DNA from: Camelus dromedarius
Taxonomy: Eukaryota
Assembly: GCF_036321535.1 (NCBI RefSeq)
Contig: NC_087437.1
Span: 60,328,001 to 60,392,000, forward strand
DNA: 64,000 bases
Reading direction: 5' to 3'
Part shown: positions 1 through 13,400 of the stretch, piece by piece
How the letters are laid out: every line of letters starts with the position of its first letter
How positions within the stretch are numbered: the stretch's first letter is position 1
Program-made: the position numbers and the translations under genes
Notes under the pieces: generated by a model
The model's input: the letters and a program-made list of their open reading frames with translations, nothing else
Database searches by the model: none
Told to the model about the DNA's origin: nothing

Positions 1-337
1 ACACACCCAAACTGGATTTGGGCCCAATCGTCACTTTGTCGGTCTTTATTTGACATAAACTTGATTCCATTTCATTCCACAAATACTTCCTGAGTTCCTA
101 CTGTGTGCCAGTGCTGAACTAAACACAGAGCTCTGACCCAAAAGAGCTCATTAACTCTAGGCAGGGAGATCATATAGGTACTCAAAGGAGGGTCATTCAA
201 CAGTCAACAAGTATTTTTTGAGGGCCTACTAAATGCCAGGCATTCAGAATTAGGAATTCCTAAAAAGGCTTTTGGGAGGAAGTCTGAAGGCAAATTTGAC
301 TCTTTTTTATCTCTCTTTTTTTTAATATGCAAGGAAA

Positions 338-432
338 TTTATTTATTCATTTATTTAATGGAGGTACTGGGGATTGAGCCCAGGACCTCGTGCATGCTAA
401 GCACACACCCTGCCACTGAGCTATTTCCCTCC
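338..432 (-). mobile_element. tRNA-Ala-derived camelid SINE (Vic-1-like)
   Basis: Reverse complement reads GGAGGGAAATAGCTCAGTGGCAG...GCTTAGCATGCACGAGGTCCTGGGCTCAATCCCCAGTACCTCCA then an (AAAT)n tail; pol III A and B boxes present; near-identical to copies at 61296 and 63855. Confidence 0.85.
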
Positions 433-827
433 TTCCTTAACTCCTTTTTTTTGATGAAATAAACCACACTTGATTTAATTTCATGGACAAGTCCCTATTA
501 TTTAGGGACTTAAAAATAATGTTTATGCTTTTTCTTTTTAATTTTTAATGTCTTTCCTGCTGGGCTGTAAGCTTCATTGGGCTGGGCTACAGACATACAT
601 TGTACACAGTGTGTCTCCAATGCTGAGACAGTGTCTGGTCTACTGAGTAGTCAAGAAAATCATGAACCTGGGGAAGCACCTGGGCTGTAGAGGAGGATAT
701 GAGATGGAGAAGGGTTGAGGAACAGAGGGCCTGCTTGCAAATTATTCTGCAAGACAGAGCGAGAGATGTTTTCTAGGAGAAATAGCAAGTCTCTCTCTTT
801 CTCTGTCTCTCTCACACACATATGCAT

Positions 828-830
<3 letters not shown>

Positions 831-876
<46 letters not shown>
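831..876. repeat. (CA)23 microsatellite preceded by a CT/CA compound tract
   Basis: 46 uninterrupted bases of CA. Confidence 0.98.
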
Positions 877-881
<5 letters not shown>

Positions 882-1292
882 AATTAAGGGCGTAGGATGA
901 ATGGTGGGCTTCAAACTCCCAGGGCTCACTGAACTGGCCATAGTTTTCAAGCTTCGAACCATCAAAGGGCAGATACCTTGACTGGCTCTCTTGATGCCCA
1001 CTTTAAGCTCTTTTTCTTGCCACCTCTACCATAGAATCTGGAAAGCTAACTTTCCAGCCTCCTTGGCAGCTAAGGATGGTCACAAGAGATGGTCATCCCT
1101 AGCTGAATGAGATGAGACCAGTGAGATGTTGGCAGAAGTCCTCTGGAGAACTTCCCTTTGAGAATATAAAAGCAAATATCACAAGGAGAAAGTGTTTGCC
1201 TTTTTGTCCTTCATATGGCCGCTCCTTCCTGCCTGGAATGAGGACTCTTTACCACCTGCCCATGACATCTCCTCCCAGTCTCTTTGATGAAG

Positions 1293-1475
1293 TCATTCTC
1301 AAAGGATGCTTCCCAGACCTGCAGCATCAGCATCCCATGAGAACTTGTTAGACATGCAGATCCTCAATCCCCACCCTAGACTTACAGCATCAGAAATCTA
1401 GGGGGTGGGGCCAGCACTCTGTTTCAACAAGCCCTAAAGGGGACTCAAATGTATGTTAAGGCTTGAGAACCCCTC
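1293..1475. mobile_element. MER5A-like hAT-Charlie non-autonomous DNA transposon
   Basis: ttctcaaag...cagcatcagcatc...gaacttgttagacatgcagat...tcagaaatct...ggggtggggccagca...aacaagccct...ttgagaacc follows the MER5A pattern. Confidence 0.75.
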
Positions 1476-3469
1476 TCTGGAATTTGTGGGGCACCTCCGT
1501 TGTCCTCTTCTGCACACTCCTTGTTGCTGCTCCTGTCAGGCTCCACCTTGGGTTCTAAATCTTGGAGTCCTTTTTTGATGCTGGGTCCTGGTTTATCACT
1601 GCAGCTACCTTTATGCAGGAAGAAATAGGATTCTTCGCTGTTATGGCCCCAAGTCCACCTTGGGCCTCAGATCCATAGCCATCTAAATTCAGTGGTGTTC
1701 CAAGACCCCATCCATGCAATGTCAGGAGCCAGTGTTTCTAAGGCAGGTAGCCCAGACCAGCCCCACCCCAGGCTGGATCAGCTCATTTGCTGTTCCAGGC
1801 TCTCCAGTCTCTTCTTCATACATGACAAAGCACCTCCCAGATTTTACCTTGGGAAGCCCCATCTGGAGCTCCCACTTCCCTCCCAGCACCATCTTTGGCC
1901 CAAGTGGCCTCTAAGCTTCTTTGAGTTAGGGCTTGGAGCCACATAGGTGCTTCCAATTTCTAGGGCTTGTGACTTTTTTCACAGACTCCGAGGTAGAAGG
2001 GGCCTTTGGAATCATCTAGTTCGATTCCCTGATTTCTCTAGAAAACAGAAGTGGAGGGAGTTTAAGTGATAGGTCCATGTTTATCAGAGAGATGGTGGAA
2101 AATGGGGTAACGCCTGATGGAGTAAAAATGATAGGTGCATGTTCATCAGACAATTAGTGGAAGAATGGGCCCGAGTCTGCAGTGTGGGAAGCTGCCTCTC
2201 TGACCACCAAGAGCAACTTCACATCGGCAGCTCAAGACACATGTCTACTGATTGTCTGGGGTGCAAACAGGCCCAGCTCCTGTTGGAAAATGTTCAAATC
2301 AAACCCTGGACTAACCTACACTTACTTTATGCTCCTTCTGAGGATGGAGAGAAATCTCAGACCGGCGGAGTGTAAAAGAGAGGAGAAGACAGGACTACTG
2401 GCCTGGTTGGGAAAAGACCAAAAGATTTTCTGCTGCAATGATTCCTTTGAAGGTGAACTACCCCAGCTTTGAGGTGTCCATGGGCATGGTAAGGGGATAT
2501 TTATGATGTTGATGGGGTTCAGAGGAGAAAATAGGGGACCATCAGTAAAGGGACTTTTAAGAGAGGGTGAAAGTGATTGTGATTGTTTTCTCCAAGGCCA
2601 CTTGGAAGATAAATCCAGGCCCTTCCAGAATGGCTACTAACATGGTTCCTTAGCATGTTTCCATTTCTCAAGGTAACAAAGGCAAAGGGACAGGACATCT
2701 CCAAGGTGAGTCCCAGCAGAGAGCCTGTGTGTGCTCTGGAGAGTGGCTCAACTGGGTCCAAGTTAATGTACTTAAATCGTGCCATGCTCAGGTGCTCAGC
2801 ATAATTTTAGAGTGATACAAACATCAGAACCCTTGTTTCTGGGTAGTTTATTTAGTGACGCCTCTTGGCATTCACAGGCAGCCAATTTCTCCCTGAAGAA
2901 TTTCCACTAATCTCTTCTCCAGGAATAGACCTTGGCTCCCAAGGCAGTGTCAGTGAGTTCAAGGCAGAGCTTGACTCCAGGCCTAGCACTGCCAAAGCAA
3001 AATGCCCTGGCTGAAGGCAAGTGGACGGAGATTTGCAGAGCCTTTTCTGAGGCCCCCAAAGCCAGGATCTTGCAGTGGTCTGTGAAATTTGAAGTCTTTC
3101 TTGCCTCAGGGACCCGACGACTAGAGGTTTGAGGGGGAAGGAGGTGACGGTAGGGATAGCAGAAGCTCATGTATGTATGATCAGCCTTAGCCACTCTCTG
3201 ACCCACTTCTTTGTCATCTGCCATTTCTGTGCCAGCTTTCCCACCTCATCTGTACTTTATCTTTATGCCAAACAGATTTAAGCTATTTGGGGTGAAATAT
3301 TGTTGGTTTTCAGACTCTGATTCTCCCTGGGAATGATCTTCAACCAAATACAAAATATAATTTGTAAAATACCCCATTCAGATTTGCTTTGAAATAATAT
3401 GGAAGGGGAAAGTAGTGGGGTTATAGGGGAAACAGGGTTGCCTCTGAGTTGATAATTATCAAAGCTGGG

Positions 3470-3950
3470 TGATGGCATTATTCACAATAGATCAAAGGTG
3501 GACACAACCCAAGTGTCCATCGACAGAGGAATGGACAAACAAAATGTGGTCTATACATACAACAGAATGTCATTCCACCTTAAAAAGGAGGGCAGTCCTG
3601 ACACACGCTACAACATGGATGAACTTTGAGGACATTATGTTAAGTGAAATAAACTAGTCACAAAAAGACAAATGCTATATAATTCCACTTACAAGAGGTG
3701 CCTATAGTAGACAAATTCACAGAGGCAGAAAGTAGAATGGTGGTTGCCAGCAGCTAGGGGCAGAAAGGAGGATGGAGAATTGTTGTTCAATAGGAATAGA
3801 GTTTCAGTTTTGCAAGATGAAAGAAGTTCTTGAGATGGGTTTTCGAACAATGTGAATGGACTTAACACTACTAACTGTTCACTTAAAATGGTTAAGATGG
3901 TTTTTTTATGTTATGTGTATTTTGCCACAATTAAAAATTTAAAAGAATAA
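3470..3950 (+). mobile_element. LINE-1 3' end fragment (L1MB-like)
   Basis: gcattattcacaatag...aacccaagtgtccatc...aacaaaatgtggtctatacatacaa...agtgaaataaactagtcacaaaaagacaaat, ending in an A-rich tail. The ORF-track peptide WTQPKCPSTEEWTNKMWSIHT is the L1 ORF2 C-terminus. Confidence 0.9.
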
Positions 3951-5149
3951 TTTAAAGGTAAGTGATAGTCACATCAGTATTTACTATGTGATTCGCTCTA
4001 CTTTGAACACATTTGATATTCTCCATAATAAAAAGTTTAACATGTTCAATACACAATAGCAATAAAAACTATTAAAATCATCTAGAAATAAATTTAAAAG
4101 GAAATATGCAAAGTCTCATTAAAAATACTATAAAGCTTTACTAAACAACATAAAAGAGTTCTTGAATAAATAGTTATCTTGCTCCTGGATGAATAGATGT
4201 AGTTTGGAGTGATATGCATCTCTCCATATTTATCTAGACATTTAGCTCAATCCTTTCCAAAAAGTCAATAAGGAACTGTTCTAAACAACAATAAGCTGAT
4301 TCTAATATTCATCAGGAAAAGGAAATGCATAAAAAGATACTTTTCCTCCTTGATCTCTTGGAAGCTCAACAGTCCTATACCTAGCCAAGTCACCCTCCAT
4401 CCACAGAAGTTTAAATATATATTATACACATATACATTTACAAATATGCAAGGATCCAAAAATTATAGCACTCTCTGAAGAAAATAGTTTCAAAAGGACT
4501 CCAACCAAAATCAAATGAGTTGTAACAGAGAAGAGAGGAAACACAGGTGAGCAATAAGTCATGTTTCATTATATATACATATATACATGCTTACCTATAC
4601 ATATACACATGCGTGTATATGCATGCACAGATATATACACACACATATAGTTCAATATAAATGGATAATAATAGCCTGGAAATGTGTAATGCTGAATAAG
4701 GATTCTTAAAATAGAGGTGAAATACTGCAAAGGAAATCCTAACAAAATCTAGGAGGAAAAGTACTATGCTATTTCAGCAAAATCTACGTGTTGGGGGCAG
4801 GGCATGCAGAGTAAAAGCATCACTAAGGCTCTTGGACTAAGGAGAAAAAAATGGGGAAAGTAAAAGTATTCTAAATACCTCACTGGCAGAGTGAAGAAGC
4901 ACCTAAGTGGAAAAAAATAATAGAGGAATAGAATATCTGAGTGGGAGAAATAACATCTCATTTTCCTATAAGAGTAAAGATACAGAATTTGATGATAAGC
5001 ACAAGAAAAGGAAAGGGGAGATAACCACTAATGGTATGGAAAGACCGCATGGAAACTCCCACATTAATAAGGGTGGAAAGGGATATAGCAATGTGAGCAA
5101 GCTGGTAAAATTAAGGAAAAAGAAAAAGAAAAAAATATATAGCAAACTT

Positions 5150-6360
5150 AAGCCAGAAGGAATTAAATCAGGTATAATAGTTGTTATACTAAATGTGAAT
5201 GAACTGAATTCTCTCTTTAAAAGACACAATTTTTAGATTGAGCTAACCTCCCACCCCAAAATGCTATCTTAATGCTGTTTATAAGAAACATACCTTAAAC
5301 AAAATTATAAAGAACAGTTAAAAATCCAGGAACAGGTCCATGTAGATAGGAAATTTTACTATTTAATGAAAGTGGTATTTCACATCATCAGGGAATGGAT
5401 GGATTTCATAAAGAGTGTTGGGACAATTAGATTTATATTTGGAAAAATTTAAAGTTGGACCAAAAGGAAAATATTTGTAGCAAACCAGGCACTCTCAAGA
5501 AAATTAAAAGATAAGCCACAGATTCAGAGAAAATATTTACAACATATATGTTATTCATAATAGACAAATAATTAATATGCAGAATTTGTCAAGATATCCT
5601 ACAAATCTTCAAAGAAAAAGACAAACTAGCCAATGCAACAATGGGCAAAGAATATGTACATTTCACAGAAAAAGAAAGCCAAATCGCCAAAAAACCCATA
5701 AAGTGATGCTCAGTCTTACCTGGAGCAAATGGGGAAATACACATTAATATAACACAATGTAGTTTTCCCCTCATCAGATTGGCCAAAGTGTTAAAGATTT
5801 ATAACATGAAGTGATGGCAAGGGTTTGGGGAATATAAATGCAGTCTCTTGAGAAGTCAATCTGACAACACCTAATACAATTTTTTTGGTCTTGAATCTAA
5901 CACGATTTAAAAAGTGCATTTCTTTTGACTGAGAAATTCTACTCTTCATCTTTATTCTAGAAGAAGGCAAGGAGACATGTACATAGCAAAATACTGGAAG
6001 TAATGCAAATAACCACCAATAAAGGGAATGGTTAAGGGAGCGGCGGCACACCCAAACTGTGGAGTCTTGTAGCTGTTAGAAAGACTGAGTCCCATGTGTC
6101 TAATGTATAGAAAAATAAAGAGATACTTTTGACATATTGCAAAGTGAAAGAAGCAGGCTGCAAAATAATTTATATAGTATACCTCTATCGTGAAAAAAAA
6201 TCCCACAAAACTATGTTACACCCTCATTGTATAGGTATATAAACCGGGAGGTGACTGGGATTAGAGATAAGCAAGAGGAGTTTGGTTTTATCTATATTGT
6301 TAGAGTGTTTTACAATAAGAATGTAATCATGAATCATATATGTGTAATGAAATTACATGT
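5150..6360 (+). mobile_element. Old LINE-1 fragments (ORF2 and 3' region, L1ME-like)
   Basis: ctaaatgtgaatgaactgaattc (endonuclease start), atgggcaaagaatatg...ttcacagaaaaagaa, catcagattggccaaag; heavily decayed. Confidence 0.7.
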
Positions 6361-8308
6361 TTAACCCACAACAAGAAAAAAGACCTTCATGCTTTGAAGG
6401 GCAGATGGGTCCATTAATCCATTCATAAATGCCCACTGTAGGCCAGCTGCTGCTGGGGAGAAAAATGACTCATACACAGCTGAGTCCTGGAGGCATTCTC
6501 TGTCTGGTAGAGGAGGTAAGACTTGTAGACCAGTAAGTGAAATAGGTCAGCAAAATATGATGCAAGCCATAGGAGGCAGACGAATGAATACTAACGGAGT
6601 TCTGAGAGGAGATTAATTCCTGGAGAGAGAAGGGGGGAGGAGAAAGAAGCAAGAGAGGCTTCGTGGAGAAAGCAGTCGTGTGTGTGAGCGTGTGTGTGTG
6701 TCTGTGTGTGTGTACAAGTGCCAAACACACGTATGTTGACGGAGGTTGGGAAGGAGGGGCCGGAGGGCTAGGAAAGACCCCCCAGTGGAGAACCGATGTG
6801 TGCAGGTGCTGATGAGGAGAAAAGCTGGGCAGGAGAGGAGGGAGAACAGTAAGCACTTGAGTTTGACAAGCCTGAGGGTGGGAAGGGAAGTCGGGGAGAG
6901 TCGTGGGTGGTCTAGCCTAGTCTAGTCGTGAGCTAGAAAGGGAAACCAAGGTGAAGGCATTCATTTATTTAGCTAGTGCTCCCTGAGTGCCAACAAATTT
7001 CACTGTCTAACACGGGGAGTGGGGAGAGGTAGTCTGGGGCAAACAATAAATACATGATTATATATTTAAAAATAACTCCAATGTCAGATGCATGCTTGGT
7101 TACAGTATAAAGATGGCCAGACTGAGGGATCTGGATTCAATTTATAAAGCCACAGGGAGCCACAGAAGGTTTTGGAGGAGAGGAGTGACACGATCAGTTT
7201 TTGGAATCTCATCATGGCACTGTGAGGGCGGATTCTGACAGGTGGTTACAATAATCTGGACCCGAGGTAACCAGAGCCTATGTAAGGGAGTGACAGGGAG
7301 AAAGAAAAGGAAAGGACAGATCTGGGCAATATTATGTAGGAAGAATTGTTAGAATTTAGCAAGTTTGGTTTTGAATATATTGCCCCTGACGTATATGGGG
7401 ACACTCAAGCAGGGGTATATTGGATAAGAGAGGGAGTTGGATCAAAGGACCTGGGGAAGGCCAGCTGGTGGGAGATAGCAGATTTAGGACTCCTTGTTTC
7501 TGGGTGGAGGACAAAGCATGGGAGGGATCCGTCAAGGAGAGCACTTGGTGTGGGATGAGGAAAGGAGAGGGTCATTATGGAATCTCTTGGGATCTCAGCA
7601 AACCAGGGAAAGATCTAGGGAAAGATACCAGGACTTCAGTTACCCAAGAAGGTCACAAAGGAGCCAACAGAGGAAGCGGGTTCTGGCATTTCTACCTCAA
7701 ACCTGTGCTCCTACCCTCCAAGGGCAGAGGCCCCTCTGATTCTGTGTGTGCAGCTGGCACTGGCTGTGCAGAGCTGCAGCTGGGAGTTGACTGGATGAGG
7801 CAGAGACCAGCAGAAAGGGCCTCACTTACAGCTTGGAGGACGGAGGGGCATGAATCAGACGTTCAGGATAAAAGGGCTGAAAATAGTGAAAGGAGCAACC
7901 ACAGCCTCTGATTAGGGGTCATGTCCAAGGAGATGGTGCTGTGCCCCTTGCCCTCACAGTGTTCTCCTCACAGAGGAGCCCCCTCTGCCCAGGCCACAGA
8001 GAGGAGGAGAGGAGCAGGCAGTCTTCCCGCCTGTACGTGGCTGCAGGGCTTTGCCTTAGTGGGCTGCTGGTGAGTGGTGAGTGCAGGCATGTTTTACAAC
8101 CCCAGATTAAAGGCTCCTTCCATATATGCTTTTGTTTCATGTCACTCAGACTTCATTTTTCATGACTAAAATGACTAAAATACAAGCTGAGTTTGGGGCT
8201 ATCCTATGGTAGCCTCTGGCTTTTGTTGGGTTCAGCTATTGGGGCACCCCAGAGGGATATCTGAGGGAGTGAGGAGTGTGAATAACAGGGTATTTATTCC
8301 TCTAGATC

Positions 8309-9909
8309 TGTGATTTGATTTTTATGAGACCGAAGCTTACAATTTTATTGGTCCACAAATACCAAAGATACTATGAAATACAGAAAAAAATAACAGTATT
8401 TTTCTTTTTTTATTGGTCTACAAATATCAAAGATATCACTAGATGCAGAAAAATAACAGTATTTTTCTTTTTCTTTTTTCTTTTTCTCTTCTTGGCAGCA
8501 TACTCTTTGCCTCTTCATCTGACAACTTCGTAATAAAATTTTCTACAGAAAGACCAGAAATACAATCCAGTCCTTCTTCTAGTTGTTTGATTAGAATTTG
8601 GGGGTTTTTTAATTGGTAACGTAGACCGTTTTAGTTCTACAACTCATTGTAATATCATGTAAGAATTTGAGATTGCTGTCCAGTTTGGGAAGACTTCTAT
8701 CATCTTCTTCCACATACAATGAAGATTTAGGGCATTTCAAATTTTCTTGTGCAGGAACTAATCTTAAATACTCTTTGAATTGCTAACATGTATAAACCAG
8801 CTTGTCTTTGGGCCCCATTACTGTGGCATATCATGAGTTTTCTGTTGTCTTTCATACAGGGTGCTGTGTGGTTTTGCCCAGATTCCCTCATGGGGGCACT
8901 GAGCCATCCCTCAGCTGCTGGAATATTGGATCTGCTGAGGCCACATGCTTGTCAGCTTCTCCCAGTCCTGCCATCCTCATTTCCTTACAGGTGTATCTCC
9001 TGGGAGCTCTCCACAGTAAGGAAGTTGCATGCAACTTTCCACTTCATAGGCCGTTTCCAGGAAACCTGATCTAGGACATCTTCATAGATGTCAGGATTTC
9101 GTATCAAAGCAGCAAGAAATGTAAATCTTTTCCCAATGAGTTCGTATGCTTTACTCCCCTTTGTCAATAAGATTATCAAAGAATCCAAGGTCCTTTATTT
9201 CTATTTGCATTTTCTTTGTCTTAATAAATTGCTAATTTTGATAGGATCTGAAATTTTTATATGCTTATAGGCTATAAACACAGAATCTGAGAACATGTGA
9301 AATGCTATTTAAAAAGAAAATAGTATGGTGCATTTATAGTTGCATGTGCTGTATTGTATTTCTGACAATGCGAACTGAATTTACACTTGAAATTTTATGC
9401 CTGATGATGGGCCACAGACCAGCTTCTCATTCCTCACACAAACTTCTGTTCTCTTCACTACTCACAAACATCCATGCTGGGCACCAAAGGACACATTCGT
9501 ATTACAACATGACCTCTACCTACCTTTAAGACATGGCATCAGATGAGTTGGCAGTAAGAGCATTCCTGGAAGCCATCCCTACATGAGGACAGCTAGCAGT
9601 GAATTAAATATATACAAAGTGACTGTGAGCAACTTAAATATATCTCACCAAACCCAAACTCATCTTCTCTTTAACACGATCCTAAAAATGCCCACGACGC
9701 CTCCAAAGCCACCCAACATAGGATGTGTGTGGTAGAGGGGAACTGAGATCAAAAATACCTCATCTTTACAAAATTTCCCCCCAAAGTTCACAGAAACATG
9801 GGACATATGAACACGTGGCTAGGGGTCTTCCCTAGGCCTAGGAAGGGGCCCGGCAACTGTGAACCTGGTCAGCTCAAACTTGACCAGCTTCACTGTAAAT
9901 CTGCCTCTG
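8309..9909 (-). mobile_element. hAT-Tip100 (Zaphod/MER115-like) DNA transposon with transposase remnant
   Basis: Right terminus reads CAGAGGCAGATTTACAGTGAAGCT on the - strand. Minus-strand translation near 8620-8780 gives QFKEYLRLVPAQENLKCP and MIEVFPN, resembling the hAT C-terminal dimerisation region. Confidence 0.65.
8853..9078 (+). mobile_element. LTR16-like ERVL solo LTR (internally deleted) inside the hAT element
   Basis: tgctgtgtggttttgcccagattccct...cctcatttccttacaggt...ccaggaaacctgatctaggaCA; flanked by TCTTT (8848-8852) and TCTTC (9079-9083). Confidence 0.65.
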
Positions 9910-12329
9910 CCTGGCTCTCTCCCCGCAAGGTTGCCTCAAGCCGGCTATGTGCTTGACTGAGGCCTCTGTTCTTCTAAGGCAGCTCAGTTCTACCTGCCTC
10001 TCTCTGCTCCAGTCACTGTCTCTCTGTGCCTAAAAGTGGTAATGCCTTGGCTCTTACTGAGCCCTGCTTACTGCACTATTCTTTATGGTTCTCATACAAC
10101 CACACCTTTGCAAATAAACTCATTTTCAAATTATACCATTTTGGGTGTATCCTCTGTTTCCTGCTAGGACCGTGACTAGTCATCACTCCCTCCTGCCCAA
10201 CAAGATCTCTGTTGCCCTCCAGCTGCCCCCTGACTCCTGCTCCCTCACACCCCACCCCCACCCCCCAGGTCATTCATTCTCCCAAGCCTTGGCTTATACC
10301 ATCTCCCTGCCTGAAAGTCCTCAGCAAATCCTGCCTGTTATTCCAGGCCCAGCTCAATCCCCCTCCTCCTCAGTCAGAGTGGTGCTCAGGAAGCACTGCG
10401 GGGTGAATGGATGTTTGGATATTATCTGAGCAGTGTCTGCTTTGCAGAAGCTCTGGGGTAGGGGAGGGGCTCCTGAAGATATTGATTTCATAATTAACCC
10501 TTGGAGAAGGAGGCTTTTTACAGCATCTTTCCTGGAGACTGGACTCACTGTTTATCACAGCACTTAGGGAGACTCCAACAAAGGGAGGGAGGATCCTTCC
10601 ATCCCCCAGGTGAGCGGGGCAGGATTCCCTGCCTCTGAGTATGCGAGTGATTAAAAGGGAAGCTGGCTGAGTTCCCTGTGCAAATCATTTCCAGCCACAG
10701 TACCCCAGAGACTGCTGGAATGCAGGGCAGGAATACAAATGGATCCTCCCCAGATCTGTCTTGGAGGAGAAAGTCATGTCAGACCTAGAGAAAGGGGCTT
10801 CTGGGAAAACGGACAAGAGAGTGGCACTATTCCCAGGGGAGCAGAGACCTAGGTTTCTTCTCAGGCTCCAGGAAATACCTCATTGCAAGAAGTGACAGGA
10901 AACAGCCTCTTCCTGAGTTAATGGGAGCAAGTCATGGCCCCCTCCTAGAAAAATGATACTAGGAAAGAGAGGGGCTCCAGGCCTTTTCTTCCAGAGGTTG
11001 GAACAGCCGGGAATGCTTGCTGGCTGCCCCTGCAGGAGATGGCTGTGGGGCCATGCATCCTCCTGGAGTGAGAAACCGGGGTAGAAGCTGTGCCAGAGAG
11101 ATGGTTCTTGTCATAGAGAGTGAAGGGAATCTGTTTAGCATTTGGGAGCTTCGTGAAAAAATGGGCTGGAGCATGGGAGCCAATTCTCTGCTTTGACTTT
11201 CTAAGACTTATGCTGAAAAAATGTAGGGGCTTTCAAACCAGAAAAGTACCAGATGTCTGGGGAATTGATTTGAAATTAGGACACATTTTTATCTTCATGA
11301 ACTTGGAAATGTATGCCTGTCTAAATAGAAGGCAGTGATTGATGACCTCTTGACTCTCCACATGTGAGTGTGTGGGGTGGGGATATGGGAGTCGGGGTAG
11401 TTAATAGTCTGTGGAACATATTATTAAGCATTAATGGAAAGAGCACTGACCACAGTCAGTGGATCTGTGATCTAGACCAAGTTCCACCACCAAACGTGTT
11501 GTGTTCTTGGGCAAGTCAGTTTCCTATTCTGAAGCTCAGTGTTATCATCTATAAAATGAGTTAATTGGACGAAATGACCTTACTGTCTTCTCTAGCTGTA
11601 AAAATTCTGTGATTCTCGTAAAACCAGTCACAGGCCATCGAGAGTATAAACTGTTTTTCAGTCCTCTGATTAGGTGAGTTTATTTTCCTTTGAGCAGTGC
11701 AGGTACAAAGCCAGGATCACAGTCCCTGGGCTCTCATCTTGACTCTGCCTCTTCCTGTCGGTGTGAGCTTGGAGAATTCAACCTGTCTCTCAGAGCCTCA
11801 GTCACTTCCCCAGGGCTCACAGGGTCAGAGAGAAGCTTTGTGGTACAAAACTAAAAATGTCTTGAGTCTCACTGTCGGTTCCAGCTGAGGAAATGGGTAT
11901 TTCTGATCCTTCTCAAATAAACATTAATCTCATATATCCTGACTTAAGACCCACCTCAAAATGTAATCCCTTGGGACTTAAATGGAACATAAGTACACAG
12001 AAGATGAAAGTATCTTGGGGTTTCCCTTATTTAGTCTCCCATTACCTTCTTAAGCTGGGTGTGTATCCTGGGTGGTTCAAGATTGCCAGGACAGTCCTGG
12101 GACCATTTGGAGGAGGTTCCTTCTGGCAGCTTTCCAGGACCCTGAATCCTAGAACCAAAAACATCTCCCATTGGGTCTCAGTTCCTCAGACTGCTTCCAG
12201 CTCACCCTTCCTGCTAATTTATTGATAAGTGAACTTCCTTATACATAGGAACTGGAAAGAAGTGGTCCTTTCACAAGGAAACAGGTAGAACAGGTAAGGC
12301 CTAAAAGCCTGGTCTCATGGCAACAGTTT

Positions 12330-12540
12330 TGCATCAGGGAAGCCCAGATTTTATTCTCAGTGGATTACTTTCTAGCTGTGTGATCTTAAGTAAGTTATTT
12401 AACCTCTCTGAATCCCAGTTTCCTCCTCTGTGAATACCTATGTTCCAGCATGGCCATGAGGTTTAGACATACTATACATAGAACAATGGTCTAAATGCAG
12501 TGGTTCACATGTATCTGGAGCTCAATACATTTTAGTTTCA
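12330..12540 (+). mobile_element. MIR SINE
   Basis: tagctgtgtgatcttaagtaagttatttaacctctctgaatcccagtttcctcctctgt is the MIR core. Confidence 0.8.
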
Positions 12541-13199
12541 TGAAACATTATGAGAAAGTGAAAAGTTGACAACTATTAGCTTGGTAGTATCATAGGCCCA
12601 TCGTATCAGGCCTGTACCCAGCTCTCCAGCCTACGTTTTCCCCTCTACCTTTCATATTCTCTGTTCTGGTCACACAGAACCACCCACCCATCTCAAGATA
12701 TATTCCAAATTGTGCCTTTGCTTTCATAGTTCTCTACCTAGACTGCCTTCCCCAGTCTTCACATGCCTAAGTATTTCTCTTTTTTCAAGCTGTGGTTCAA
12801 ATACCATGTGATGCAGGAAGTACTCCCTGACTTCTAACTAGAAATCAACACTGCCTCTTCTGAATTACTGCAGTACTTTTGTTATCCACTCATCATTTTC
12901 CCCTTCTATGATAAAGACATAAACATTTGCCCCCTCCCCGCTCAACCAGCAGACTGTAAGTGATAAATACTGTGCATGTATCATCTCGGAAACACTCAGG
13001 AGAGATCTGCAGAGAGCAGAACACTCTTGGTTGATGTATTTATTTGAGGTAGCAGATGAGATAAGGTAAACGGTAGCTCTTCAGAAAAGGGAACAGAGCG
13101 TAAAGGGAAATTAACACTATCTGAAAATCTATTGCATAAGATGGATATTGCAATCCCAGCTTACAGAGGTAGAAAATAAAGCTCATGGAAGCTAAGTAA

Positions 13200-13400
13200 T
13201 AATGTTATGTAACCATTAATAGGTGCAACTATGTGCGGAGTGCTGTACCCAGTGCTTCACAGGCATCATTTCATTTAATACACCCAACAACCCTTTGGAA
13301 GTTGTATTATTCCCATTTTGTAGATGAGGAAACTGAGGCTCAAAGAAGTTAAGTAGATAGTCCAAGTTTACAAAGCTCCTCTAGAGGAAGAGAGAGCTGT
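13200..13400 (-). mobile_element. MIR SINE
   Basis: tattattcccattttgtagatgaggaaactgaggctcaaagaagttaagt is the reverse MIR core. Confidence 0.85.

Larger units (their letters stand above)
8190..10182 (+). mobile_element. LTR33-like ERVL LTR split in two (about 8190-8308 and 9910-10182)
   Basis: Left half ends cagggtatttattcc; right half resumes cctggctctctccccgcaaggttgcc and ends aataaac...tctgtttcctgctaggaccgtgactagtca, like the LTR33 3' terminus. Confidence 0.6.

Noticed and set aside
660..1001. 113-aa ORF with a CVCVCV tract
   Set aside because: Translation of the (CA)n microsatellite.
2067..2170. Diverged ~62-bp-period duplication
   Set aside because: Two units only, inside MIR-like sequence; ordinary local duplication.
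3469..3657. ORF resembling L1 ORF2 C-terminus (also antisense L1 ORFs at 17657, 37376, 50330, 53940)
   Set aside because: Fragments of truncated L1 copies, not genes.
7420..7911. Longest ORF in the track (163 aa)
   Set aside because: Non-ATG start, overlaps L2-like purine-rich sequence, no recognisable domain or exon structure.
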